The translations under genes and the position numbers were made by a program. A stretch of 64,000 nt of DNA from Callorhinchus milii (lineage: Eukaryota), in NCBI RefSeq assembly GCF_018977255.1, contig NW_024704742.1, forward strand, positions 38,256,001-38,320,000, written 5' to 3'. The notes below the pieces were generated by a model, which did no database searches, was not told where the DNA came from, and saw nothing but the letters and a program-made list of their open reading frames with translations. Below, piece after piece: positions 25,434 through 37,704 of the stretch. Positions within the stretch are counted from its first letter, which is position 1; each line of letters begins with the position of its first letter.

Positions 25434-25764
25434 GTGGAGTCCTGTAGCTCAGTAGTTAGAGCACTCGCTTTGCAAGCGAGAGACCTGAGTTCAATTCCAG
25501 GCAGAGGGCGAAACCTTGGGCAAGTTTCCTTACTCCACACAGAGCCTAATAATAATCCCTCCAAAACCCAAAACAATAATAAATTGGTCATTTTCAATCC
25601 ACGATTGTTTGTGGGACGTTGCTGTGCGCAATTGGCTGCCGTGTTTGCCCACAAATATACAGTCAATTCACTTTACAGTGTGTTCTGTGAAGCGCTTTGG
25701 AATGTCCTCCCGACGTGAAAAGCGCTATATCAAATGCAAGGATTATTATTATTATTATTATTAT
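25434..25764 (+). mobile_element. Young tRNA-head SINE, short variant
   Basis: A box tagctcagtag, TGC anticodon-like loop, B box gttcaattcc, (TTA)n tail, and CTCAG duplication on both flanks. Confidence 0.93.
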
Positions 25765-26904
25765 CTCAGTTCTTTCTGACTAGTCATGCATTGAGTGACA
25801 AAACTACTTTTTTAAGGGATTATTACCCACGGAAAGGGGTGTGGGGAAAGCAAACTTGCATAGAGTTTGGCTCTTCCTGGGTATCAAAACTGAGTCCTCT
25901 CGCTTGCAATACGCTATAGGACTCCACGAGGGTGTTGTCAAGGTTCTGACTTTAAGGTTAATCCCCCTTGGAATGAATCCCTCTAGTCAGCAACTATCCA
26001 GCCAAAATAAGGGTCAAATTTGCCATATTCTTTAAGTATTCCTTAAACTAATTCCGGTGTTAATTTAAGAAATACTTATGAATAATTAAAAATTTTCTTC
26101 TCTATTTTTTAACACAGTTGAACAGGAAATTCCCCTTTTTCAGATAGCTGGTTGAGCAATCCTGTTACAAACCACTGCAGTTTTACTTCCCAGGCTCTCC
26201 TCCCCCGCTAAAAGCTAATTATTTTCCATTGACGTTTGAAGGATGATACTTTGGACTAAGCAAAGCAATAAATGTTGCTAAGCATACACTGAGCGGATCC
26301 TGTTCTACAGTAACCAGGAGAGACACAACATAGGCAACATTGTAGCTCCACGATCTTCAAAAGGTAGTGCTCTTTTTACAATCTTCTGGGATTTTATTAT
26401 ATAATAATAATAATCCTTGCATTTGATATAGCGCTTTTCACGTCTTCTCGACGTCTCAAAGCGCTTCCAGATTATGCTGTAAAGTGAATTGACTGTATAT
26501 TTGCGGGCGAAATTCCATGTCAAGTACATATTCCATGTCATGTACATATAAATATTTGTATTATTTACATACATAGTATGAATATATTTGTTTTATGAAT
26601 TCTATGTTGTTTGAGCTGGACGAGAGCCAGACAAATGTTGTGAGCATCCATTATCTCAATCAGTCTCATCAAAGCGACATTGTTCAGACTAACTCATGCA
26701 AATTTTACGAGCCCTTTGGATGCTTCTTATGAATAATGAAAATGTTATTTCTATATTTTTTAACACGATTGAAAAGGAATTTCCTCATTTCAGATTACTT
26801 GTTGAGCAATCCTATTACGAAACATTGCAATTTTACAACCCAGACTCTCCTCCCCTGCTAAAAGATAATTGTTTTTCCATTGATGTTCAACGGTTGATTC
26901 TTTG

Positions 26905-27560
26905 ACAAAAGGCCATCAGCCACTCTGCCCCCACACTCTGGAACTCCATTCTGCACTTTTCCCCTTCCCTTGCCTCCTTCTCTTCGACCGTGTTTTTGAT
27001 CTCCCTCCTTCCCCCCTCTGCCTTCCACCCTCCCCATCCCGACCCCAGCTCGGGTCCGAAACACTGACTGTCCAGTGCCTTGGGAAGTCCTCCCGACGTG
27101 AAAGGCACTATACAAATGTAATTTTACTGTTGTTGTGGTTGTTGTTCCTGACGAACAGAAATGAGGAACAATATTAGAGATCCTCACCCTTGTATTTAAG
27201 TCCCTGCACTCTTCTGCACCCCCCTACCTCTCTGCTCTGCTCTCTCCTCAAAACAGTACCAGTTGCCTCCGTTCCTCCGGGTCTGGCCTCCTCCTCATTC
27301 CCTGAGTCCTCCGCTCCACCCTCGGCAGCCGTGCCTTCAGCCACTATGCCCTGAGGGTCTGGAACTGCCTTCCTCGCTCTTTTCGTCTCGCTCCCTCCCT
27401 TCCCATTTTCAGGTCTTTGCTGAAGACCTTTCTTTTCGACTGCGCCTTTGGTCACTTTACTCCCCCTCCCCTTGGCTCGGCCCCAGGATCCGTTACTGTA
27501 AAGCGCTCTGAGACGCCGTCAGGCGTGGAGGGCGCTATATAAATCTAAGTTGTTGTTGTA
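26905..27560 (+). mobile_element. Two tandem L2 3'-end fragments from different subfamilies
   Basis: First ends at about 27147 in aaatgtaattttactgttgttg; second ends in gcgctatataaatctaagttgttgttg. Confidence 0.8.
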
Positions 27561-27917
27561 GAGAAAAAAGTTCCTACACTTTTCAGTCAGGAGTTTGTGA
27601 AAAACAGGCAGCCACATTCTTGCTAAGTATAAAATAATCGACCTTTTGCTCAAACTTCCACCTTGTCTTAGCATTTGAGACTGTTTTGTCTTAATATTTA
27701 CGATTCAGTCAATTTGGAAGCTGGTTCTGTTTAAGAACTGTGGAAAACCAGCTGCCAAATGAAATTAGGAATTCACCACAATACTGCAGAGGAGTTGCAC
27801 AGGGGGCTCCTGCACTCGGCTATCTCAGGCCTGCTGCCCGTCCTCCATGTCATCATTGTGGAGTCAGTCCCGTAGCGTAGTAGATAATGCGTTCACCTCG
27901 TAAGCAAGAGGATCCGG

Positions 27918-28642
27918 TGTTAGAGTGTTTGCAACCACTCAAAACAGGTTTGGATTCAGTAATACCAATAGGTCAGAGTATCAGGATGTTTTAATCAAAA
28001 CAAACTTTATTTATTCGTACATGTGTAAAAGAGCGCCACGACTATCTTAAAAAAACAGAGCAATACTATCAAGCTGATTTTGCAACACTTTGTCTTTACA
28101 GCTAGCAAACTTTAGTTGCAGATTCAGCACTTTGTTCTTTACAGCAAGCAAATTTTAGTTCTTCAAATGATCAAGCCTTGCGTTTTCTCGCTTTCAGTCT
28201 TCTTTGTCCAAGCTTTCAATCCTCATTGTTTCTCTGCAACCACTCCTCGATGCTCTGGAGTTAACTAACTTGGCTTTATAATACTGTGATGGATACTATA
28301 CCAAGCCTCTGATCAGATCATCCCCTGAGGTCACCATGCGAACATGCTCGTCTCATGGAACAAGTCTCATGATCACATGACAGTCTCATGGCATGTCTGA
28401 CTGATAAGGTTGTTTTTAAACATCCTTGTAGCACACATTGAGTTAAATTAAGGCAAGGGTCAACCCAAATACTGTGTGGGCAGCTGTGTTAATGGTTTGT
28501 GGCCTTGAGTCAGAACACAAAGATCTGGTCAGGGCCCTTTCTGCTCATCTACTTCTTCAATGCGCTGCTTGTTCTTTTAAGTCAGCCATTTTACAGCACC
28601 TCATAAGCGTTTCTTTTATGCCATTTTAACCAACTTATAACA
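27918..28642 (-). mobile_element. Solo LTR (725 bp) inserted in a SINE
   Basis: Termini TGTTA...TAACA; 4-bp TSD CCGG (27914-27917 and 28643-28646); minus-strand TATAAA (28275-28280) upstream of AATAAA (28006-28015). The host SINE rejoins cleanly across it. Confidence 0.85.
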
Positions 28643-29129
28643 CCGGGTTCAATTCACAGGCAGGGAGAAACCTTAGGCAAGTATCCTTACTCCACATGCC
28701 TGTTTACCTAGCAGTAAGTCGGAACCTGGTTGTTAGACCACTGGTGTATCACTTTCTGAGGATAATAATCCCTCAAAAAACAAATTTCGTCACTCAATCT
28801 ACGACTGTTTGTGCAATCGGATGCCGCATTTCTCCTGCAAAATACAGTCAATCCACTTTAGTGAAGCACTTTGAGATGTTTCAACGATGTAATAAGGCGT
28901 TATCAAATGCAAGGATTATTAATATTATTAGTGGCTCCAGTCACTATGCCCTTAACCTTTGGAACTTCCTCCCTCTTCCCCTCTGTCTCATCCCTTCTCT
29001 ATCAGTCTTTAAATTCCATCTTAAAATCTACCTCTTTGACTGTGCCTATGGTGACCACTCCCTTCTCCTTGTCCCTTACGAGGCGTCTAACCTGGCCACT
29101 GGAAAGTACTTTGAGATGTTATCCTACGT

Positions 29130-29395
29130 GAAGAGGCTGATGCTTCAACTATATAGAGCCTTGATCAGACTCCATCTGGAGTGCTGCGTTCAGTTTTGGG
29201 CACCGCAACTCAAAAGGATATATTGGCTCTGGAGGGGGTGCAGCGCAGATTCACCAGAATGATACCAGGGCTAAAAGGGCTAAGTTATGAAGACACTTTG
29301 CATAAACTTGGTCTCTATTCCCTTGAATTTAGAAGGTTGAGGTGTGATCTGATTGAGGTTTAAAATAATAAAGGAATTCAATAGAGTAGATAAAG
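29130..29395 (+). mobile_element. CR1 ORF2 fragment
   Basis: LIRLHLECCVQFWAPQL and [21 protein letters not shown]; very similar to 24775-25030. Confidence 0.88.
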
Positions 29396-29515
29396 TTTGT
29401 TCCTGATCTTACCTTGGCTCCTCTCTCCTTTACTAGCATGTTAAGATACAGTCTATCATTCAATGTGCATGTTAAGATACAGTCTATCATTTAACTGAGT
29501 CAGACTGGCTCAGTT

Positions 29516-29546
<31 letters not shown>

Positions 29547-30076
29547 GTGGGTTTAAGCAAACAACAACAACTTGCATTTATATAGTGCCCTTCACACCGG
29601 GTAGCAACCCAGAGCGCGTCACAGTGGCGGAGTCTAACCCCGAGCCGGGGTGATAGGGAGGGGGGAGGTGACCGTAAGCACGATCAAAAAGCCCCATAGT
29701 GAGCTCACAGACTAGATTCACAAGACAGCCTAAATGTATCTATCCTATCTGTTTACTCACATAAAGGCCAATTTGGTCCAGTCCTTTAAGGTTTAACCGT
29801 ATGTTAATGTAGGTTTTTGCCATTGTTGAATGTTATATTTCCACTTCCTAGCTCCAAACTGTTGCTGACCAAAAAAACACACATAGGCTTACATATTCAT
29901 TTTTTAGGTGGTAAACGAATGTTGAATATTTATGCATGGCAATGTCCTAGAAACAGCCACGTAGCAAATGTATTTGTACAATACGTTATGTGCTCTCTCC
30001 ATATTACAGCCAGTAATGCTCTCCATTGTTTCTAGGTTGGTGTTGAAGTGGCTGTGAAACAAAAGGAAGGATAAAG

Positions 30077-30191
30077 ATGAATCAATACCCTCCAGGTCAG
30101 GTAGTAGTCATCCAGCAGCCAGGGTTTACCTCAAATGCCCTGACTGAATGGAACACATCCATGATGAGTTGCTGTGATGATGTGGGAATAT
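30077..30191 (+). CDS. PLAC8: PLAC8/onzin-like protein copy B, first coding exon
   Basis: Acceptor gtttctAG ends at 30035; ATG at 30077. MNQYPPGQVVVIQQPGFTSNALTEWNTSMMSCCDDVGI plus 1 nt, then GTAAGT at 30192. Confidence 0.93.
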
Positions 30192-30760
30192 GTAAGTAGA
30201 ACTTGCAAGGCTGTATTCAGCAATTCTTGATGCTTGCTTTCCTGATGGTTAAAGTTTAAGCAAGGTTATTTTAAAAAAATTATTATTAATCCTGTCAAAT
30301 CATGGAATGAAATTGCATTATCACATCAAAGCATCTCAAAGTGAGTCATGACTGACAACTGTAGAAACTCTTTTTTTGGAGGCAAACCAGGAAAAAAGTG
30401 AAAGGAAGTGAAAGAAGAGAAAGGATAATATCTCATTCTTTTATTTTATCTCTTCCATCAAATAGCACTTCTCTCTGCATTGTGCAGCGGTGTGCACATA
30501 TCCCTTTTCGCCATCATGAAATCTTCATTGTATTACATCTAATACATTTATCTTATTTATGATGGGTTTAAATGTTGTTAGAAACGTAATCTATATACTG
30601 TTATAGTAATAAAAGCCTGTAATAGATTTTACAAAAGAGAATCACTCAAATACCATTTAGATAGATTTCTTTTAGAAAATAATATTTTGGGATACAGTAT
30701 ATGAGTAATTTGAGACGTAAAAAGGAAGTTCACATTTTCTTTTGAACTCTCTATTTCCAG

Positions 30761-30885
30761 GTCTCTGTGGTCTCTTCTGTACGGTCTGTTTGGGCTGTCA
30801 GGTTGCAGGTGCCATGGGCGAGTGTTGCTGCTGTGGAACCTCAGTAGCTATGAGAACTCTCATCAGAACAAAGTACAACATCCAA
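30761..30885 (+). CDS. PLAC8: PLAC8/onzin-like protein copy B, second coding exon (125 nt)
   Basis: (C)LCGLFCTVCLGCQVAGAMGECCCCGTSVAMRTLIRTKYNIQ between canonical AG and GT. Confidence 0.95.
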
Positions 30886-31653
30886 GTAAGTTGCCAGATA
30901 TTACTGTCACATTGAAATCATTTCAGAAGAAAGAGTGTAACCATGTTTCCCAGAATCTGATACAGACCAGGGCAGATTTACCAGCCACTCCATTTGGACA
31001 ATGCTAGTGTGGAGGGCTGGGTCAGAACTGATCTTTACCATTATAAGCTGTGTACATTTCATAAATACCCTTCAACAGTAAATGTTATTTGCAAAAATCC
31101 ACCTGTTTGTAAACCAGTCTCTCAAAGTTGGACATTTTATGAAGTACATTCCGCAAACTCAGGTACGGAAGTGAGCTCCCAGCAAGTTTCTTTTGGACTG
31201 GAGGGAGATATTAATTGTCTCTCATTTAATAGTTATTTTGAGTAACTGCACCTCAAAATAGACAACTTGTAAAGCATTTAATTATAAAAACCAATACTGT
31301 AGATGGGGAGAAGTGAAATCTCGCTCATCTTTGTCTTATTTTATATTCTTTTTCATCCTCATGACATTTTAGAATGGATACAATTAATCTCTTAATGTGT
31401 AAGGTCATTTTATCTTAAAATTTAAAACTGATCGAGATACAATCAGACTTTTGAAATTCAGCTTTAACCTGACAGCCAGCTTTGTGCAATTCTTGAAATG
31501 AAGTGACTCCGAAATTAAGACCAGGTTAAGATAAAATGATTTTAGTGTGTCAGGATTTGAAACTCAAGAATAAAAATAACAATAAAAAATAAGAAGAACT
31601 GGTCAAGACCACCAACCCAGCAGGGTACTTACTGTATTTTTACTGTTTCACAG

Positions 31654-31755
31654 GGATCCATCTGCAATGACTTTTGCACACATATGTTTTGCCTTCCGTG
31701 TTCTATTTGCCAAATGAAAAGAGAGATTAACCATCAACAGCGCAAAGGCCACTGA
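31654..31755 (+). CDS. PLAC8: PLAC8/onzin-like protein copy B, last coding exon
   Basis: GSICNDFCTHMFCLPCSICQMKREINHQQRKGH*. Spliced product is 113 aa with 16 Cys. Donor ATG|GTAAGT at 31789 lies 33 nt after the stop. Confidence 0.93.
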   Translation, partial: GSICNDFCTHMFCLPCSICQMKREINHQQRKGH

Positions 31756-32699
31756 TGGACTTATTAAGGCTGTGCTGCAGCTTCAATGGTAAGTGGAAGA
31801 ACCTATGTCCTTTTTAAAGACATCTTTACACTTGCATTCAGTGGCTTGTGCCTACTCTACAATCGGTTGATGTGGATGCTGAAGGCATTGCAATTATGAG
31901 CACTGAAATCCCTTACATTGGGAGCATGGTTCAACAAAACGAGAGAAAAAGATTGTCATTTTAGTGCCAGGTAGCACTGTGGGCTGTGAACCCAGAAAGA
32001 AAAGGCATGTGTCAAGCCCAGCCCCTCTGAGAAAAAGATACATCTATTTTCACTTTTAGTCTTCATGCTCACATATTATTATATGACAATATGATGTTAC
32101 ATGGATATTTATATTATTTTAGCATTTTTGGAAAAGTCAATATGTTACATCCATGTGATAAAACAAAATCTAGATTTGAAAGTTATCAGCGAAACACAGG
32201 ATTAATTCATCATCAATGATGGCCATTACTTTACAATGCAATGACATTGTTTCATTATTTATATGTTTGACATTCCTCCCATTGTGTATATGAGTAGGCA
32301 TCACCATTGGCACTGCAGTGCTATCACCTTCTTTGCCAGAGTTTCAGCCACCAAACTATCTGAGCTATATGTAGTTTATTTGCAAAATTATAAACTGTCA
32401 GAGGAAGTATACCTACAGCTGCCTCTCTCAGCGAATGCACAGTCCACTCAGTGAGGAACAGAAACTCTGTGGAGCAGTGACAACTGTTATTAACTGAGGA
32501 GTGCTCTGGACAGGAGCACCCCGGGACGCTACCCCACATGGGGGCACTATATAAATGCAAATTGTTGTTGTCCTTCTGTTTTGCTGACTTAGTTGATTGG
32601 GGGGGTGGAGACTGGACCACTATCCTTAATTATCAGGCTCGGATGGGGGAAATAATCAACCAGGGGGTCCTGCTCAGGAACCCTTACTTAATGACTCCA

Positions 32700-32880
32700 C
32701 GTATACACACACATATATGCTTCCAATATGTATGTGTGTATGGGTGTGTGTGTGTATATGTGCATGTATATGTTTGTGTATGGGGGTGTGTGTATGCATG
32801 TATGTATGGGTGTGTGTATGTGTGCATGTATATGTGTATGTGTGTGTGTGAATGCATGTGTGTGTATGGGTGTGGGTGTA
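32700..32880. repeat. Imperfect (TG)n/(TGTA)n microsatellite
   Basis: Directly visible; it generates spurious HT/CV-rich ORFs. Confidence 0.95.
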
Positions 32881-33133
32881 CGAAAGCAACTCATAGAAAC
32901 TCATTTTTACAATCCTACTTCACATAACAAGAATGGTCACCTGAGCGAGGTTGCTAGAACTTTTTTGGCTGTTTGCAATTAATACTACGAGGTTCATTAT
33001 CTTCAGGTGTAGAAGTGGGAAAATGTGCAGATATTAGCTGCAACCCATTCCAATGCTCTTGCAGGTACTGCTGGACAGAATGCTTCATTCTGTACATATT
33101 GTTTTCACTTATAAAGTCTTTGCTCATTTGCAG

Positions 33134-33930
33134 GTAAATACTAAATTAATTACATCATGCTAAAATGAAGACTGATGATCAACATTCAAGATTATGGATG
33201 TAAACAAATTGAAAATTGTTTTCTGCTACACAAGATCCTGCACTGGATTCTCGTCCTTCAACAGATCATTTTCAAGACCTGTTCCTCATTTTCAAATCAC
33301 TCTCTCTATTCTACCTCTGCAATCATCTCCAGCCCATGTCCCACCCATCCCAACATATTCCCTCTCCCTTCACTCCACTCAATTCTTTCAGTCCTCATGC
33401 ACATGTCCTCCAGAACTCTTCAAAACTACTTTGTCTTTTTACTTCTCTCCCTGATTTCACCCCACCCCCAACACTTCTTCTTCAGTCACCTCTAAATCCC
33501 TTCCACTTTTTGCTTGGCATCCACTGATCCCATTGTTGTGTTTGAGATGTTACTTCATGTAAAATACATGGTGATAATTTTGATAGTATCAGCTGTTTTA
33601 GCATTATCAAGCGTTGCAGGAAGCTATAGCAACAAAGAATACCCTAAAAATGATATTAAAAATCTACCTACTGCAATCTCTCTAAAGTATCCCTAACCAA
33701 TATTACTGCTAAGGTAACTAAAATAATATAACTTTAGATCCCACTACCTGGAGTCCTTGCTTCATCCAATAATTTTTTGTATACGAGATTGATTACTTTT
33801 TATGTGGCTTCCAGTGATTTGTAATCCAATTATCTGTATTCTTCAGTTGAGATTTTAATCCTAACCATTTCCTGATTATTACTGTATTCATTTGTTGTTG
33901 AGCTATATTCTGAAATTAAATAAATCACAA
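33134..33930 (+). other. PLAC8 copy B putative terminal 3'-UTR exon
   Basis: Acceptor tttgctcatttgcAG ends at 33133. The following sequence is homologous to 60021-60090 (copy C) and 12158-12990 (copy A). ATTAAA/AATAAA at 33915-33924. The 3' end is uncertain. Confidence 0.5.
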
Positions 33931-35689
33931 TTAATCCACCATTTCCGCTTTGTCTCCTCTAATTCTTTCTATGCTCACCCTTGTACAGTCATCTCACTCC
34001 CTTTCCATGTCTTTACATTGTGCCTTAAACCTAAGTCTTTAATCACACCTATGGCCACATTTCGCCCACAAATATACAGTCAATTCACTTCACAGTCTAT
34101 TCTGTGAAGTGCTTTGAGACGTCGAGAAGACTTGAAAAGCGCTATATCAAATGCAAGGATTATTATCCCCTTTCCCCTGATCAGTGTTCAATCTCGCTAT
34201 TGTAAAGCACTCTGAGATGTTATTCTATGTGTAAAGCACTAAATAATATATATAAATGCAAAGTGTTGTTGTAATGTACAACAGTGAATTAAATCACAAA
34301 GACAGTATCCTCTATCTTCCCACTCCATGCGAAAAATGCAGAGGTTTCTCACTGTTTGGAACATTTTAATTATAGTGCATAGAAGTTTTCAGCTCAGAAG
34401 AAGGCCATTTGGCCTTCAACTCGGTCTGGTATACCATCATGCCTTTGCCAGCTCTATAAAATTTATTATTCCCATTTCTCTGCCTTTTTTCCATATCCTG
34501 TTATAACAACAACAACAAAATTACATTTGTATAGGGCCTTTCACGTCAGGAGGATGTCCCAAGGCGCTACGCACACTCTGGGTTCCCCAAGCCTTAGCTT
34601 TTACCAACCTGCGCCTAATACTTTCTGGAAAGAGCTCTGGAACGTTATGCTGCGTGAGGGGCACCATATAAATGCAAGTTGTTGCTGGTGTTGTTGAATT
34701 AGGTAAGCAGGAAGAGTATGTCCCTCTAGGGAGAGAGTGCACGTTCCATTCAACTGAACAACTTTGAAAATTCCTTGAGTAGATGGTTTGCATGAAACAG
34801 TTTGGTTCGTAAACTCTTAAGCGTGGTTAGGGCTTTCCCCATATGTCAGACATCTGGTTGAGCAATAACACTACCATTGCACTCTTTCAAACTGAGATAT
34901 TTTAACCACATGCTCTGTCATTGAAAGCAATGTCTGACAGACTTCCTGCTACTTGTCTCACGAGCTTGTCACTGTACCTTTTAGGACTGACTTGAGGATT
35001 AACTGGACCCAAGTTAGAAGAATCCTGACTGGTCTTTCCCTTCAGTCCTGTAGCCAAACTGGCTGGTCTGTCATTATCAGTGCCCTGGACCCTCCTGACT
35101 CCGGACCTGACCTTCCCAGTCCACAACAGAGAATCAACTCAATTCTAACACTGTGTTGCTTATCATCTCTCTCCTTCTCCAGGAAGATAGTTGACATCTG
35201 ACAAGCACAGGTTCAAGCCCCTACTAGGTGGATGGCAGGTACCAAGAACTCTCTGCAAGCTTTCTGGTGAGCATGAGACTATTGCCACCATCCTCTTGCC
35301 CACAACTTGGACACACATCACTACCCACTGAGAGTTGGCAGTGTGGAGCTTGAGCAGCATCTTCTTAACTCACTGCATACCAATGTAGATAGCAAGCCAT
35401 GGATATATACAGTATGAGGATATGTTCACAAATCAAGTAATGCCTTTCAGCAGCTGTCATCCGAAGTCTCTGAGTTTCCTCATCAGCTATTTAATGGACA
35501 GCTGCCTTCAGTGTGGTGGGAGGATCTTTATACAACTGCTTGTGACATGCCAGTGTTTTAGAGGTCCAGTTTCCAATGCCACGGATCAGGCTTGCGAGTA
35601 CACATCTCAGAGGGGATCTTATAGATACAACATTTTAAATGGGATTGAAAAAGTAAACTCAGAACAATACTTTCAAAAGACATTAGAAC

Positions 35690-36077
35690 AATAATAATAA
35701 TAATAGTAATCCTTGCATTTGGTATAGCACCTTATTACGCTGTTGAGACTTTTCACAGCTCTTCACAGAATATATGGTAAAATTATTTGACTGTGAATAT
35801 TGTGGGTGAAACGCGGCAGACAATTGCACACAGCAGTGTCTCACAAACAGTTGTGGATTCAGTAACCACATTTTTTTTAGGGTTTATTACCACAGGAAGG
35901 CGATCACCAATCGACTAACAACTCTCTGTTTACCTGGCAGTTCCTATTACTGCCAGGTAAACAGAGAGGAGTCTGGAGTAAAGAAACTTGCCTAAGGTTT
36001 TGCCCTGCACTGGAATCGAACCCAGATCCTCTCTCTTGCAAGGCAAGAGCACTAACCACTACGCTGTGGGACTCCAC
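35690..36077 (-). mobile_element. tRNA-head SINE, long variant
   Basis: Full reverse-complement copy ending in actccac at 36071-36077. Confidence 0.88.
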
Positions 36078-37704
36078 AAGAAGACAGGTTTAGAGCTGGT
36101 AAAGGGTAATTTCAGGACAGACATCAGGACAATTTTCTTTACCTAAAGGGTAATTAATGGCTAGAAACAGATTACTGCGAAGAATGGATGTTGGACTCAT
36201 TTAAAAATAGTTTGATATTGTGATGGGAAAATGAAATAAAATGAGTCGAAGGGCCTTCTTCATCTGAAGCATAAGCAGAAATTTGAAAGAATAATACTGT
36301 ATCTTTAAAATCCTATTGTCTGACAAGGTACTTTGTGAGATACATTTTCACTTTAACAAAAGCTTGCTTTGACATGCTGACATTCCATCCCCTCGAGATT
36401 GCTTTTGGAAGTTTGTCAAACCAAAGACATACAGGCACTGTGCAAGAAACTTTTGTTCTATAAAAAATATTCCTTGCATTTGATATAGATGCTTTCATGC
36501 CAGGAGGACATCACAAAGCATTTCAAAGGATGAATTGTGAAAGAGTATTCCAAAAGAGAAGGGAGTTTCTCCTGCTGTCCTGGCCAACAATTTCCCAACT
36601 AAAATAGGTCACTCACTCCATGTGGACATTGCTGTGCACAAACCAGCTGCCGCGATTCATCTGCAAAGTACATAGTGAAACTACTTTTACAGGATATCTT
36701 ATGAAGTGCTTTGAGACATCTTGATGATGTGATCAGGTGCTATATCACATGCAAGGATTATTATTATTCTCAATTTGTGATTGACATCTTTGTAGGAAGG
36801 TAAGAACAGTCTCCTTGGAGCTGAGCTCATTTATAGTATTCTAGGGCACCGTTGATGACAGACTAGCCGGCCTGATTTGTCAGCAGGACTTTTTTATTGG
36901 TCAGCCAGGTGTCTGACATATACAGATAACCATTACCGTGCTTAAGGGTGATCTTAAATACATGATCTTAAAAATCACCACAGAGTTTGAATCCACAACT
37001 AAGGTCTACCAATTAAACTAAGCTGATAACCAAATAACACTGAAGTCCACAGTTAGACGCCTGCACGCCAGATGAAAATCAATGTGACAGAGTGTCAGGG
37101 GGAGAGTGAAGAACTTAAGAGGAAAATAATGTATCAAAATAAAAGTACCAGCAAAATCAGGAAGAGCATTTGAAATGAAGTGTGAATAGATGGTTTATTT
37201 GGGGATTGCTTTCACCTTGTGTCTCGAGGTTTGCATATCTTAGTTCAGCAGCTTGTAGCACCCACAAGATGATGAAAGAGATATGCAAAGAAGATATACA
37301 ACTTAGCTGTTTCCTGGAATCACATTAACACAAATGGTACTTGCTTAGATTTGGTTGTGGCTGAGTTGTTTACGTTTAAGAGTGGGTGGGGGAAATTGGA
37401 CACAGAACAGCAAGGTGAATGCCTTGGCTGTTTGCAGGCTATTGGAACTAAAAAAAATCAATTTTGCAGGTAGGTTTTCCACTGCTGATTTAAAATCTCC
37501 AACCTGGAAGAATTATATTGCTTTTATTGCAAAGAGTTTGAAAATTCATCAACTTGGGCTAACTGTTTTTCTGTTTGATAGCCATATTTTCACATTTAAT
37601 GGAGATTCTGTAACCTATGAGGGACCCCAGGAGTACTGCTGCAGTCTGACCAGCTAAAACTGCATAGCTTGCCAGTGATATTGTTCTTTGCTTTCAAATC
37701 AATT

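Noticed and set aside
25434..25515. tRNA-Ala(TGC)-like sequences, repeated many times
   Set aside because: They are SINE heads: each continues into the same body and (TTA)n tail and lacks a proper acceptor stem and terminator.
32538..32982. His/Thr- and Cys/Val-rich ORFs resembling metal-binding proteins
   Set aside because: They are translations of a TG/TA microsatellite.
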